Positions 12,342-25,818 of a stretch of DNA of 64,000 nt are shown in pieces. A model generated the notes under the pieces. It ran no database searches, was not told where the DNA came from, and saw nothing but the letters and a program-made list of their open reading frames with translations. Each line of letters starts with the position of its first letter. Position 1 is the stretch's first letter. Origin of the DNA: Octopus sinensis (lineage: Eukaryota); NCBI RefSeq assembly GCF_006345805.1, contig NC_043000.1, positions 91,946,001 to 92,010,000 of the forward strand, in the 5' to 3' direction. A program made the translations under genes and the position numbers.

Positions 12342-12775
12342 GGAGGCGCAGTGGCCCAGTGGTTAGGGCAGCGAACTCGCGGTCGTAAGAACGCGGTTTC
12401 GATTCCCAGACCGAGCATTGTGAGTGTTTATTGAGCAAAAACACATAAGCTCCGGGAGGCTCCGGCGGGGGGTATGTGTGAAACCCGCTGTACTCTTTCA
12501 CCACAACTTTCTCTCACACTTTCTTCCATCTTCTGCCACAAAGCAGAGGAACCAAGGTGTAACCCACTATGGTGTGGTAAACTTTCAGACCCTAGTCTAG
12601 ATTGCGAATCCTCTGTACCCCAAGATGGTTCAGCTCGCCACCCGTTAAAAAACCACCGTTTACGGAATTAGGATAACAACGTAGCTTTCGCGCCTGTGCA
12701 ACCACCAGTCTATCACGTGTGGTGGGTAGATCTTCAAGGTGCCGCACGCATTCTTTGTAGCTTAGAGTAGGCTCG
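12342..12775 (+). mobile_element. tRNA-like SINE (family D); 3' boundary uncertain
   Basis: A box tggcccagtgg and B box ggtttcgattcc. Confidence 0.6.
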
Positions 12776-13159
12776 AATTAGAGATTATTTTTTGTGGCTA
12801 ATGGCGTGAGTCCTGATTGGAAGAAGACAGCACCAACTGCAATATCAACAAACAATAGCAACAGCAACAAGTTCTCCTCCTCCTCCAACTACTACTACTA
12901 CTACTACTACTACTACAACAACAATAATTTTGCACTGAGTGTAATCGGTTTATCAGCCGATATAAATGTTGGTTGGTAGGTTTTTTCTCCAGTCACGCTT
13001 TATATCGTATAGAGAGAGCGGGGAAAGTGAGTAAAAGATGCAGAAGTACTTAACCGAAGCAGTAGAGGATGCATTCTTGACTTTCTGAAAAACCCACATA
13101 TTTTAATGAAATTTTGTAATGATTTGATATCTGATGGTGGTTAGGCTTTTATTATTTTA

Positions 13160-13357
13160 CTTATTTCAGTCATTTGACTGCAGCCATGCTGGTGCACTGT
13201 TTTTAGTCGAACAAATCGACCACAGAATTTATTCTTTGTAAGCCTAGTACTTATTCTGTCGGTCTCTTTTGCCGAACCACTAAGTTACGGTGACGTCAAC
13301 ACACCAACATCGGTTGTCAAGCGATGGAGGGGTCGAACACGCACACACACACAAATG

Positions 13358-13430
<73 letters not shown>

Positions 13431-13612
13431 ACATATATACACATACATATACATGCGACGGGCTCCTTTCAGTCTTCGTCTACCATATCCACTCACAAAG
13501 CTTTGGTCGGCCCGAGCCTATAGTAGAAGACACTTGCCCATGGTGCTACGCAGTGGGACTGAAGCCAGAACCATTTAGTTTGGGAAACAAACTCCTTACT
13601 ACATAGCCACGC
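13160..13612 (-). mobile_element. SINE family B with expanded internal (TA)n
   Basis: Full reverse-complement match to other B copies. Confidence 0.85.
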
Positions 13613-13879
13613 CTTGTAAATATACAAATACAAAATTTGCTTAATTTAATTTATTTTATTTTAAAGTATTTTATTTATTTTATTTTAAGGTAATAAATAT
13701 ATTTTCGTTGAAAATTAATACTCATTTCCTGATTTTGTATAAGTACCAAGAAATTTGAGAAAGAATAGAAAGTTGCTAAAGAAAATTGATAAAAGATAAA
13801 GGATAATTATTGTTTGTAGATCATATTTCAAGATATATATATATCATATTTTCCGATATTGTTTGGTCCTGACTCGAAG

Positions 13880-14624
13880 AATTAATCAAGCCAAGATTTC
13901 AACTTCATGTCGTTGCTGAAGGAAACCTATTGTAGGCTGTTGGAGAGTGACCCAAAAGATAATAATCTGAAGGAAGATTATGGTGGGTGCGTTAGAACTT
14001 CTCAACAGAGCTCTTGAAAAGCATTTCTGATCAACATAATGACGTAGGTGCAAGCGTTGTCGTTTTGATGAAGAACACAGAGTCACCATTTCGTGTTTTT
14101 TGGACCTTATCTATCGGGTAAAAGTAACGAATGACATTATCGTGAGAGGATCTCAACTACTGAGCGGATTGGTGCGGATAATTGCAGCTCAGCTCGTTTT
14201 ATCGACCGTCATTGAACTGAACTGATCGGTTCGAACATGGAGAGCTTGTGACATCAAATTTCTCGTCATTGAAGTGCGAAGAACCCCTTGAACAACACTT
14301 TAGGTGATATCCTATTCTCTATACACAGAACAAATGTCTCGAGCGGCTTTGGCATCGATGGAGTTTTGATTGAAGTGAAGTAAAGCAGGTGTCAAAAATG
14401 CTCAATTTTATCTACTTGGCACTCCATCACTATGTGTCTGAAGACAAGTAAATTTTATTCAAATTTCAAAACCGAAATTTCAAAACAAAAGTTGCAGAGG
14501 GAGTATAGAACTACAAAGAAAAAAAAATGAAAAATAAAAAATAAAATACTTCGATAAAAATATTTTTCCTGTTCATCTAAATAACACAGGAAAGAAACGA
14601 ACGAATTTATCTGAGAGCCCAATA
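13880..14624 (-). mobile_element. Decayed, internally deleted mariner (DD34D-like)
   Basis: Minus strand gives …HFNDEKFDVTSSPCSNRSVQFND (cf. FxxGDFxLxDxPRSGRP), HDNVIRY…KVQK, and LPSDYIFWVTLQ (cf. DLAPSDYHLF); TIR-like tattgggctctcagataaattcg at the 14624 end. Confidence 0.6.
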
Positions 14625-14727
14625 TATTTTACAATATATCTATTTCTTTATTGCCCACAAGGGGCTAAACATAGAGGGAACAAACAAGAACAGACAGAGG
14701 AATTACATCGACCCCAGTATGCAACTG

Positions 14728-14885
14728 GAGATAAGCTATCACCTTGGAATATTCCACGTCTGATGTTCACTTTTTCGAGTTTTTGTTTTCCTCCGATCAA
14801 TTCAGTATTCCAATGTTTCATACATTCATTCAGCATTTTCTCCACGTTCTTTTTACTATTCCAAACTTGCCTATTGTTATAGTTA
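14728..14885 (-). mobile_element. R4/Dong-like non-LTR retrotransposon RT fragment
   Basis: KVNIRRGIFQGDSLSP motif. Confidence 0.75.
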
Positions 14886-14966
14886 TCCAACTTATAATTA
14901 TAGTATTATAATTACTATTTCAGACCTTGTGGTCAATAAAGTATTATATTCATTATTATTATTATT

Positions 14967-15004
<38 letters not shown>

Positions 15005-15030
15005 CATTATTATTATTATTATTATTATTC

Positions 15031-15349
15031 TATGTTTGACTTTTGATTTATATCTGTACAAGTTGGCTCCAAGTCTCACCCAGAGACCTCAAGAGACAAC
15101 AGGTTGGAAGTTCTGAGCCATATATTTTGGGTTTTTTTTTGTACTAGTGAATGTCTAATACATAATAAAATTAAAAAAAAAAAGTTTGTTTTAAACCTTG
15201 GGATTACATAGAGAGTATTCTGCGTAGGATATGAGCAGTTCCCATGAGCACTATCTTTTGAATTTCTGCCATTTTGGGGTTTCCTGGTATCTGAGCTAGG
15301 TAGCAATCAGTCCCTTTCGCTATCATTCCCAGGGCACCTATGACAACAG

Positions 15350-15351
<2 letters not shown>
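15031..15351 (-). mobile_element. R4/Dong-like element 3' end inside (TAA)n
   Basis: PVVIGALGMIAKG…IPGNPKMAEIQKIVLMGTAHILR*; homologous to 42756-43300; ATT repeats on both sides. Confidence 0.85.
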
Positions 15352-15408
<57 letters not shown>

Positions 15409-15445
15409 AATATTATGAATGGTTTGAGGTAACTCCTCCTGAAGA

Positions 15446-15672
15446 AATAGAGTCTAGATTAAAAGAAAAGTGCCATTGTTATCTAGTGAACGATATTTCG
15501 GCATCATTTAATTTTGACTCTATATCTTCAGAAGTTACTTCAATCCTTTATATATTAACCAAAATGAAGTAGATTGACAAATTTATTTTTTGAACCAGTT
15601 GAAGACACACAAGATGTCGAAATATCGTTCACTAGATGAAAATGGCACTCTTTTTTAAATTTTGACTCTGTT
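15446..15672 (+). mobile_element. Fold-back mini-element (60-bp inverted arms) with a decayed HHR
   Basis: Arms 15446-15505 and 15613-15672. HHR 15591-15631: tgaac-CAGTTGA-a-gaca/tgtc-GAAA-TA-TC-gttca. Confidence 0.6.
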
Positions 15673-15703
15673 AGTATTATTATTATCATTATTATTATTA
15701 TTA

Positions 15704-15737
<34 letters not shown>

Positions 15738-15834
15738 GCAATACTATGATGATGATGATGACGACGACGATGATGATGATGATAACGATGATGATGGCGG
15801 TGGTGGTAGTGAAGGTGGTAGTTGTAATGACGCA

Positions 15835-15871
<37 letters not shown>

Positions 15872-16375
15872 ACGACGATGACGATGACAACGATAATGTT
15901 TCTTTCCAAAGAGTCGTTTTTTTTTTCGTTAATGAAAGTCACTTTTGCACAATTTAAATAAATTACTCTGATCTCAGACATTAAATATTTGCAATGATTC
16001 CATTAAAGACACAGCATGATTTTCAAAAATATTCCTTAGATTTCTTCAATTCTTCTATTGCCTCCTTATACCCAGAAGCGCGCACAGAGACAATAACCGG
16101 TCTTGTTCTCTTTTTTTTTGTTGTTTGATTCCTTGGAGCTTGTATTGCTTAGAGACGCGTATTATTGTTATTGTTGGTGTTGTTATTGTTAATTGTGATG
16201 ATAATCATTGGAAGAATCATGCATTCATACTGTTTTATTATTTATTTATATATTGTAACCCTGAACTGGTTCTTTTAAAATTGTATTTTTGAAATAAGGA
16301 TTTATACAATTATACGTGTACGAGTGTATGCGTCTTCTGTGTGTGTCTGTGTATTAATAGATATAACACACACAG

Positions 16376-16430
<55 letters not shown>

Positions 16431-16443
16431 TATTCCTTTACAA

Positions 16444-16509
<66 letters not shown>

Positions 16510-17212
16510 GTTATAAATATATATGTATAGATTGTGTAAATATGGCTACGAATATGCACACATAAATGCATTCATCTGGCATAAATATGTATGCACACAT
16601 TTAGCCATAGACCAATACACACATACATACAAATGTACATACCTTGGTACATACATCCATAACACACACGCACAAACAGATATATGTATATGTATAGAGA
16701 GAGACACAAACACACACTCACACTTACACACACTTATGTGTGGGTGTATGTGTGTGTGTGTCTATGTATGCACATATGCTGTTAGTGATTTTCAAATTCT
16801 CTATCTTTCTCTAATTTTAAAAATCTTTTTCTTTTCTCCAGAAGTAATTATCTTTTTTTTTTTTCAGTCATTGCAAATTAGTGCGTAGGCATTAGTATAC
16901 AATTCCATGTATAACGTAAGATTTCATACAATTTTAACAATTTACCTGCTTAGTTACTGAAACGAAGTAATGCACCGGGTGGGGTGGGGGACAAAAGCAC
17001 AAATCAATTATAATAAAAACAAAAAGAAGTAAAGAAAATATAAAATAGATAAAAGATTCGAAAGACATTTCAGAAAATGATCCATCTTGATTTTATAGTG
17101 AAGGGTATTTAGGTTGTATCTGTTTCTTCGACGTTGGAGGTCTGAAAAAATAAATGATTTCCTGCTGCAAATGATCCCTTGAAAAAATATCATTTATTAA
17201 TAAATATATTTT

Positions 17213-17575
17213 ACTCTTTTACTCTTTTACTTGTTTCAGCCATTTGACTGTGGCCATGCTGGAGCACCGCCTTTAATCGAGCAACTCGACCCCGGGACTT
17301 ATTCTTTTGTAAGCCCAGTACTTATTCTATCGGTCTCATTTGCCGAACCGCTAGGTAACGGGGACATAAACACACCAGCATCGGTTGATAAGCAATACTA
17401 GGGGGGACAAACACAGACACACAAACACTCACACGCATATATATATATATATACATATATACGACGGGCTTCTTTCAGTTTCCGTCTACCAAATCCACTC
17501 ACAAGACTTTGGTCGACCCGAGGCTATAGTAGAAGACACTTGCCCAAGCTACTTACCACACAGCCACTCCTGCGC
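17213..17575 (-). mobile_element. SINE family B copy with a head deletion
   Basis: Matches the B consensus; the B-box segment is missing. Confidence 0.85.
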
Positions 17576-17605
17576 ATATATGCATATATATATATACATG
17601 TATGA

Positions 17606-17652
<47 letters not shown>

Positions 17653-17886
17653 CGCGCACTCACATCTTATTTGTCAATTTGCTTATGCGTGTATACGTGG
17701 AGGTGGGGATGGGAGGTTAAGAATTTCGCTTCGCAGCAAGGTGTTTTGGAATTTTGGGCTCACTTGAGAATCTGTCGTTTACTACAGAATTCAATTTTAC
17801 AATACCTTGTTTAATGGAATTTGGTAAATAGGATCTGTGCAGAAAGACCATCGTGAGCACACACACACACACACACATACATACAT

Positions 17887-17958
<72 letters not shown>

Positions 17959-18142
17959 ATAATATGGTGTGTGTGTATGTACATGTATATATGCGTGTAA
18001 GTTGTGTGTGCCATATGTATATATCTTCGCACGCATATATTGAAACAGTTGTAGAAAAAATGAAGGTTTTCAAAAATATCAATGAAATTGATTTCTATTC
18101 TTCTTAATCTGAATGCCACAAATATAGGTACTGTGCGTATAT

Positions 18143-18182
18143 ATGTGTGCGTGCTTGCATACACACACACACGCACACGCAC

Positions 18183-18213
<31 letters not shown>

Positions 18214-18690
18214 AACAAATACACATATTCACACACATATATGCACACAAGCACACACATATGTACACATACACATACACACAAGCACACACACAAACGT
18301 ACGCACAAACACAAACACAAACTCACACATACACACAAAAACACACAAATAGATACAGACATGCACACACACACACAAACACACACACATAAACACACAC
18401 ACACATACGCACACATTCACACACACACACACACAAACACTTACACATACACACACACAAACACACACACATAAACACACACACACACATACGCACACAT
18501 TCACACATACACACACACAAACACACACACATAAACACACACACACACATACGCACACATTCACACATACACACACACACAAACACTTACACATACACAC
18601 ACACACACAGTTCCTCACACACTCTCACAAACACACACAAACGCAAATGCATACACATACACGTATATATACACATACATTCATACACAC
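18143..18690. repeat. Compound (CA)n array with a 60-bp higher-order duplication
   Basis: 18451-18510 is identical to 18511-18570. Confidence 0.9.
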
Positions 18691-18929
18691 ATACAATACT
18701 TACTATTTCTTTTATTCAGATTTACAACAGACTTAGAATAAATTTATGAAATTTCCTCCAGTTGTAGCTTCAGTTGATTCTGTTTATATTTGTCATAAAT
18801 TACATATAAACTTTGTTCGTGCTTGAAGTCATTTGAAAGTTCTAAAGATTTTCATGTATTGACCAAACAGTTTCAGTGGGGTTTACGTCAAGATACAAAC
18901 TATTTTCCTCTTCTTTTCTATTTTATGCA

Positions 18930-19380
18930 GGTCGATGGAATCATCTTAATCCGTTTGTCTGTCCTTGTTTGTCCCCTCTGTGTTTAGCCTCTTGTGGGTA
19001 GTAAAGAAATAGGTATTTCGTCTGCCGTAACGTTCTGAGTTCAAATTCCGCCGAGGTCGACTTTGCCTTGCATCATATCGGAGTCGATTAAATAAGTACT
19101 AGTTAATCACTGGGGTAGATGTAATCGACTTAATCCCCTTGTTTGTCCCCTCTATGTTTAGCCCCTTGTGGGCAATAAAGAAACAAGGAACATTAGCACC
19201 CCGGGCGAAATGCTTAGTGGTATTTCGTCCGTCTTTACGTCCTGAGCTCAAATTCCACCGAGGTCAACTTTGCCTTTTATATTTTCGGGGTCGATAAATT
19301 AAGTACCAGTTGCGTATTTGAGTCGATCTAATTTGCTGGCCCCTCCCCCAAAATTTCAGGCTTTGTGCCTAAAGTAGAAA
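18930..19380 (+). mobile_element. SINE family A multimer and partial copies
   Basis: Contains the aaagaaata|ggtatttcg junction at about 19012. Confidence 0.8.
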
Positions 19381-20216
19381 AGAAAAGAATATTCCAAAGA
19401 CAGGCTAAAGATTTTTATGTTTTATCCAGTTCGGTCACTCAAGAATATTGCTAGTGCTAAACTTACTATTCAATCCTCCAGCTTTGATAAAAGATCGACA
19501 AAATCTTTTTACAAACTGATTCTAAGCAGAAATATAATAACTGAATGAAAAATTGTTTGGTTGGTTGGTTGATTTCCCTGTTACGCATTAAATCATATAC
19601 AGAAAATGGGACAGAGAGTAAGAGATGCAGAAGACTTAACGCAAAAAGTGCAGGTTGAGTGTTGAATAAGTTTCTGAAGAATACAGATATTCTAAGGAAA
19701 TTTTGCAGCGATTTTGTATGATGGGAGTAAATTGCAATTATGCAGAAAAACTTTTTAAAATTTTAGCATATATTTAAGGCATACATCATAAACACTGACA
19801 CAGTTAAAGCCGGTGAACAGAGATCGTACAAACAGAAAGATAGTGAGAGAGAGAGAGAGAGAAAGTGACAGAGAGAGTACTAATAGCCAGTATTTAATGA
19901 CAAAGGACAAGCCACTACTTGAATTGTTACTACTACTACTGCTACGCAGTGACCATCACAGGGAAACCAACTCCCAACACCACGTGAATTTTGTGACGAA
20001 AACGTGAACTTCCACTACTGATATGAAATATTCAGTTAGTTTCAATTTATTTTCTCTTCTTTTATAGCATGACTAAATTGTGTTTAAAAAATTGAGTGAA
20101 ACCCGTAACATCTTTTGATAAACATATAAATACTTCCTTTTGTCCATGAAAAAATTTTCAATAGGTTTATTTTTTTTCTGCTTTTGAAAACAGATTTACT
20201 CGTGCGATACTATTAA

Positions 20217-20915
20217 CGTAATAAATATATATGTATATATATAAATAGAATTTTTAATCAGTTGGACACATTAATATTATTTTTCTCAAATACTCCAACA
20301 GAGCAAGATTGAAAAAGTCCATGTTACCACTAATGTAGCTAAGAATATACTACACTTCTAAGAACTGTATGAGGTGTGTTGGAGTCATAGCTTGTAAAGG
20401 ATTGTAGTTCATTTTAATTTAACATCATAGCTTTTATTAGCGTCTTGCCCCTTTAACTAGTAATTAACATCTTGATTTGGGTTTTTCCCTACTCAGCCTC
20501 CTTTATAGACAGTTACTTTATACTAATCTTGACATTATTTATGACCGTACCCAGCTATGTGCTGTCAACTCACTCCTGCCCTCCATTGTAAACAGACATA
20601 GTCCTTGAATCTTAGATTTGGTAGTTGATAAAAAGACTAATAAATTAAAAATGAACCACAATCCTTTACAAGCTATGACACCCAACAAAGCGCATACAGT
20701 TCTTAGAAGTGTAGTATATTCTTAGCTACATTAGTGCCAACATGGACTTTTTTCAGTCTTCTTGCTCTATTGGCGCATTTGAGTAAAATTATATTAATGT
20801 GTCCAACTGATTAAAAATTATATTTATTTACGCAGCTGAGGATAGTCCTGCATTTAAATTGATGTAAATATTGCATTGTTCAATTAAATGGAGTCGCTTG
20901 AAACGGTCGTACAGC
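20217..20915 (+). mobile_element. Probable PLE tail with about 190-bp inverted duplication and a decayed HHR
   Basis: Arms about 20243-20421 and 20641-20826; CTGAGGA 20836-20842; GAAA-CGGTCG-TA 20900-20911. Confidence 0.55.
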
Positions 20916-21030
20916 ATCACTTCTTGATATCCTGTTGCTTATTTTGCTTTTATTCGCCTTACTTTGAGGTGTACGGATAATACCGCACTGATATGGTGCT
21001 TCAACTTAAGTACCTATTTCAACTGAATCT

Positions 21031-21063
<33 letters not shown>

Positions 21064-21930
21064 CACGCGCGTAAGTCGACTAAATGTCCACAATGATGCA
21101 CTCGTGTATGTCTGTCAATAGAGTGAGTATATTATCCGAAGTGTACGATATTATTTTTTACAACATAATTCTAAATAATAAATCTTTCTCACAGAAAGAT
21201 AATAGCTGAAATAATTACTAATTGGTTTGTTGGTTGGTTAGTTGATTTCCTTGTTACGCTTTACATCATATACAGAAAATTGGGTAGAGAGCTACAGAGA
21301 GACTTAATGCAAGAGGTGGAACAATAAATAGAATCTGTAACTGTCGTAAACCTAAAGCATGCCTGCTTACGGTCTTCTGTCTGCGTAAAAATGTAGTTTA
21401 TAGATGTCTTGTAGAAACACCAAGTAAACACCAAGCAAGAACCTACATAGGTAGCGCCATAGATTTTAAACGGCGATATAGGGCTCACTTAAATTCTAAC
21501 AATAATTCCTAAATTATTTCAATAAGACAAAATACATATTCTCGACATCATTAGCTACACGCATACATGATTTTAAATGACAAAACATACAATATACCCT
21601 GGCTTGGTCCATTATAAAAGAAGTTCCTCCTTATAATATTAAGATAGGAAAATGCAAGTTATGCTTAAAAGAGTCATTAATTATTCTCCGTCAACACAAC
21701 TCGATATTAAATAGATTTCTCTTGCAAACATAGGTTTCCTCAACATTTATGCATTATGGTTCTAGATAGAGCTGAGAACCAGCCTTCACTTCAATTGAAA
21801 CGCTTGCTGTGAAATAACGAAATACTCCCCTCCTCTACAAACAGAGCCATCAGTAGCCTGATTTTATCATGCATTGTATCTCCTCCACTAACCACTGAAA
21901 AACACTTCCACCCCTAGTCTTTTGCATATA

Positions 21931-22160
21931 TATTTCTTCACTACCCACAAGGGGCTAAACATAGAGGGGACAAACAAGGACAGACAAACGGATTAAGTCG
22001 ATTACATCGACCCAGTGCGAAACTGGTACTTTATTTATCGACCCAGAGAGGATGAAAGGCAAAGTTGACCTCAGCGGAATTTGTATTCAGAACGTAACGA
22101 CAGACGAAATACCGCTAAGCATTTCGCCCGGCGCGCTAACATTTCTGCCACCTCGCCGCC
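21931..22160 (-). mobile_element. Full-length SINE A with TSD
   Basis: (c)ttttgcatata duplicated at 21919-21930 and 22160-22171. Confidence 0.9.
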
Positions 22161-22247
22161 TTTTGCATATAGCTCTATAAAAACACTCAGTAGGTAATTC
22201 GCATTAAAAAATAAGCAGTACATGTGAGCTTTTTTAGAAACTTATTT

Positions 22248-22334
22248 TCCCTGATGAATGAGATGGTGTCCTATAATGGATGTAAAAATCTTTTATATAA
22301 CAGGACAACTGAACCCTTAGAAACGGCCGTAGGA
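22248..22334 (+). ncRNA. Hammerhead motif with canonical core
   Basis: tcc-CTGATGA-a-tgag…tgtcct…aggaca…ctta-GAAA-CGGCCG-TA-gga; stem III palindrome ACGGCCGT; GUA triplet. Confidence 0.75.
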
Positions 22335-22734
22335 TTATTAACTGGATTAGTACTACCCAAACATTTTCATAGACTCTTAACTCTTTTTATGATTTCGTTT
22401 TATAATCTGTAAGTCAACCTGTATATATTTTTTTCAATGTATTTTTAAGGCATATATCTATACATCTATATATTTTTATATCTATATTTTTTATGTATTG
22501 ATTACTCTGTATATTTTTATATATCTATATACTTTTGATATGTTTGATGTATTGGATATACTTTTGGAGAAATCCATGTATTTTGAGCCTTCGGCTGAAT
22601 TAATATAGATGTTTATGTGAACTTAGTGTCCCTGACTTTGAGCCTTACTCTTGCATTATTCTAACGCTTCGGGTTCAGTATCGTGAGCACTTCCAAGTGA
22701 AGTCTATGCATTGGAGGAAATATTTTTCCTTATA

Positions 22735-22782
<48 letters not shown>

Positions 22783-22783
22783 T

Positions 22784-22853
<70 letters not shown>

Positions 22854-22867
22854 TTATATATATAAAT

Positions 22868-23171
22868 GAGGGCGCGTGGCTTAGTGGTTAGGGCATTCGG
22901 CTCATGATCGTAACGTTGTGAGTTCGATTCCCGGCGACGCGTTGTGTCCTTGAGCAAGGACACTTTATCTCACGTTGCTCCAGTCCACTCGGCTGGCAAA
23001 AATGAGTAGTATCAGTATTTCAAAAAAGGGCCAGCTGAATCTCCTTGCGAACGACGTTAAGGGGTACACGTGTTTGTGGAATGCTCAGCCACTTGCACGT
23101 TAATTTCACGAGCAAAGCTGTTCCATTGATCGTATCAGCTGGAACCCTCGTCGTCGTAACCGACGGAGTCC
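22868..23171 (+). mobile_element. SINE family C, full length
   Basis: A box tggcttagtgg, B box gagttcgattcc, CORE-like ccttgagcaagg. Confidence 0.85.
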
Positions 23172-23191
23172 TCTTATATATATATGTATAT

Positions 23192-23228
<37 letters not shown>

Positions 23229-24039
23229 ACATATAAAATTCTTGAAGGAAGATACCTTCTATTGAACTATACGCTTTTAGAAAAATTACAATTTAATTTA
23301 TAGAATCCAAAATTTCGCGTTGTCACTGTTACTTGAACACATACATACATGGTTGAAATTCTGATGAAAACTTTTTATCAAAAGACCCTAACAGAGAACC
23401 ATTTTATGAATCCATTCTATATGTACACATTTGAAAATAAGTAATTAGTAAATAGAGATATTTTCCTTATATTATGAATCTGTTGAGGGATTTATATATT
23501 TACAACTATGAATTTTTGACATGTGGTTTTTATCTCTGGAAGTCGTTTATGTCTGGCACAATAAATGTATTCTTAATTATTCATATTCTCTGTTATCTAC
23601 GGGCTGCTGCTAAATAGTTTAAGGATTATGTGGATATCGCGTTTTATTGTATTATTTCGGATGTCTTAATGTGATTTTTGAATTAGTGGGACTCGTGACA
23701 TATCAGTGATAGGTCAGCCGTAGGTCAGCTCATGGTGTATATGGGGTGTGTTTATAGTGTGCTAATGCATATTGTACAGAGGGCAGTGATGCCCGCTTAC
23801 GCATGAACTGCACATCTCTCCCCCTCTCTCTCTCTCTCTTTATATATATATATGTATATATATATATATGTATATATGTATATATATGTATATATATATG
23901 TATATATATATATGCACATAGAACTACACATATATGTATACATACATATATATCCATGAATGGGGCATATGTATGCATATATATTCATACACACATATGC
24001 ACGCACAGAAAGAGAGAGAAGAGAGCGGGGGAAAGTGGG

Positions 24040-24494
<455 letters not shown>

Positions 24495-25818
24495 TACATA
24501 TATGCATGTATACATAGATATACATACACAACAATGATATATACAAATCTGTACTACACAAATGTACACATATGATTAATACACACATGTCTGTGACCAC
24601 ATATGCATACATACATATATACATATCTTTTACCTTTTACTTTTACTTACTTCAGTCGTTAGAAGGCGGCCATGCTGGGGCATAATTCTGAAGGGTTTTT
24701 TTAGTTGAACAAATTAACTCCAAGACTTTTTTTAAAGCTTAGTACTTAGTCGATCGACCCTACCTCTTTCGCCGAACTGCTAAGTTACGGGGACGTAAAC
24801 ACGCCAACACCATGTTTTCCTCCAGGCATAAGTTACACACTCACGATGTTCTGTTGTATGATCTCAGCAAGGGTTTCAATAGGATGTCTAGAGAAAGAAA
24901 CAGACTACATCACGAACTTCAAATGTAAACCCAGTCTTTTTTATGGCCTCCCTAAAATACACAAGAGCAAGATAATCAATGAAGCCTGAAAACAATCACC
25001 AGGCAAATATATAAATACCCAAACGCCAGAAGACTTGACTTAAAGACCCATTGTTGCTGGGCCGGCCCGTGAAACCCACCGACTAAGCAATTTTCTAGAC
25101 ATCCTACTGAAACCCTTGCTGAAATACATCAAAAGCTTCATTAGGGATGATTTAGACATGCTAGAACACCTACAAAAACGATTAATGAAGAGGCAATATT
25201 GGCTACCCTCGATGTTATCAATCTTTACAAAAACATCCCTCATGACTATGGAATAAAAGCAATTAAATTCTGGTTGGAAAAGTACCCCGAAGTCCTCCCG
25301 GAACACATAAACCAGATCTTTATTATTAAATCCTTAAAATTTATATTTCAGAACAATTATTTCCTATTTGATGACACATACTATCGTCAGAAATGCGGAA
25401 TTGCGATGGGGACGAAAGCAGCTCCTGTTCTTGCGAACCTAATAATGGGTTATTTTGAATTCACCTTATATGAAGTATCACTTCAGAAATATGGTTACCC
25501 ATTTTACCTCTACATAAGAGAAAATTGGAAGCGATACCTGGATGACTGCTTTATCATCTGGAAGGAGAACATCGACAAACTTTTGGATTTCAAAACAACA
25601 CTAAATGACATAAATAGTAACATTCAATTCACAGTGGAATATAACAAAGAACAACTTCCATTTTTAGACATCATGATAAAAAAGTTAACAATGAAATCAT
25701 AACTGACATTTATTATAAACCAACTGATTCAAAACAATATGTTCTTTTTAACTCATGCCACTCGAAACACATAAAAATAAACATCCCTTTCAACTTAGCA
25801 AAAAGGATCTGCACAATA

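Larger units (their letters stand above)
21336..22700 (+). mobile_element. PLE 3' remnant: GIY-YIG, UTR and HHR; interrupted by SINE A
   Basis: CNCRKPKACLLTVFCLRKNVVYRC…TYIGSAIDFKRRYRAH…WSIIKEVPPYNIKIGKCKLCLKE (21336-21735); the 3' limit is approximate. Confidence 0.85.

Noticed and set aside
23597-23722. Short IR enclosing a GACATCC-GAAA segment
   Set aside because: Core truncated and stem I unpaired; too degenerate to call.
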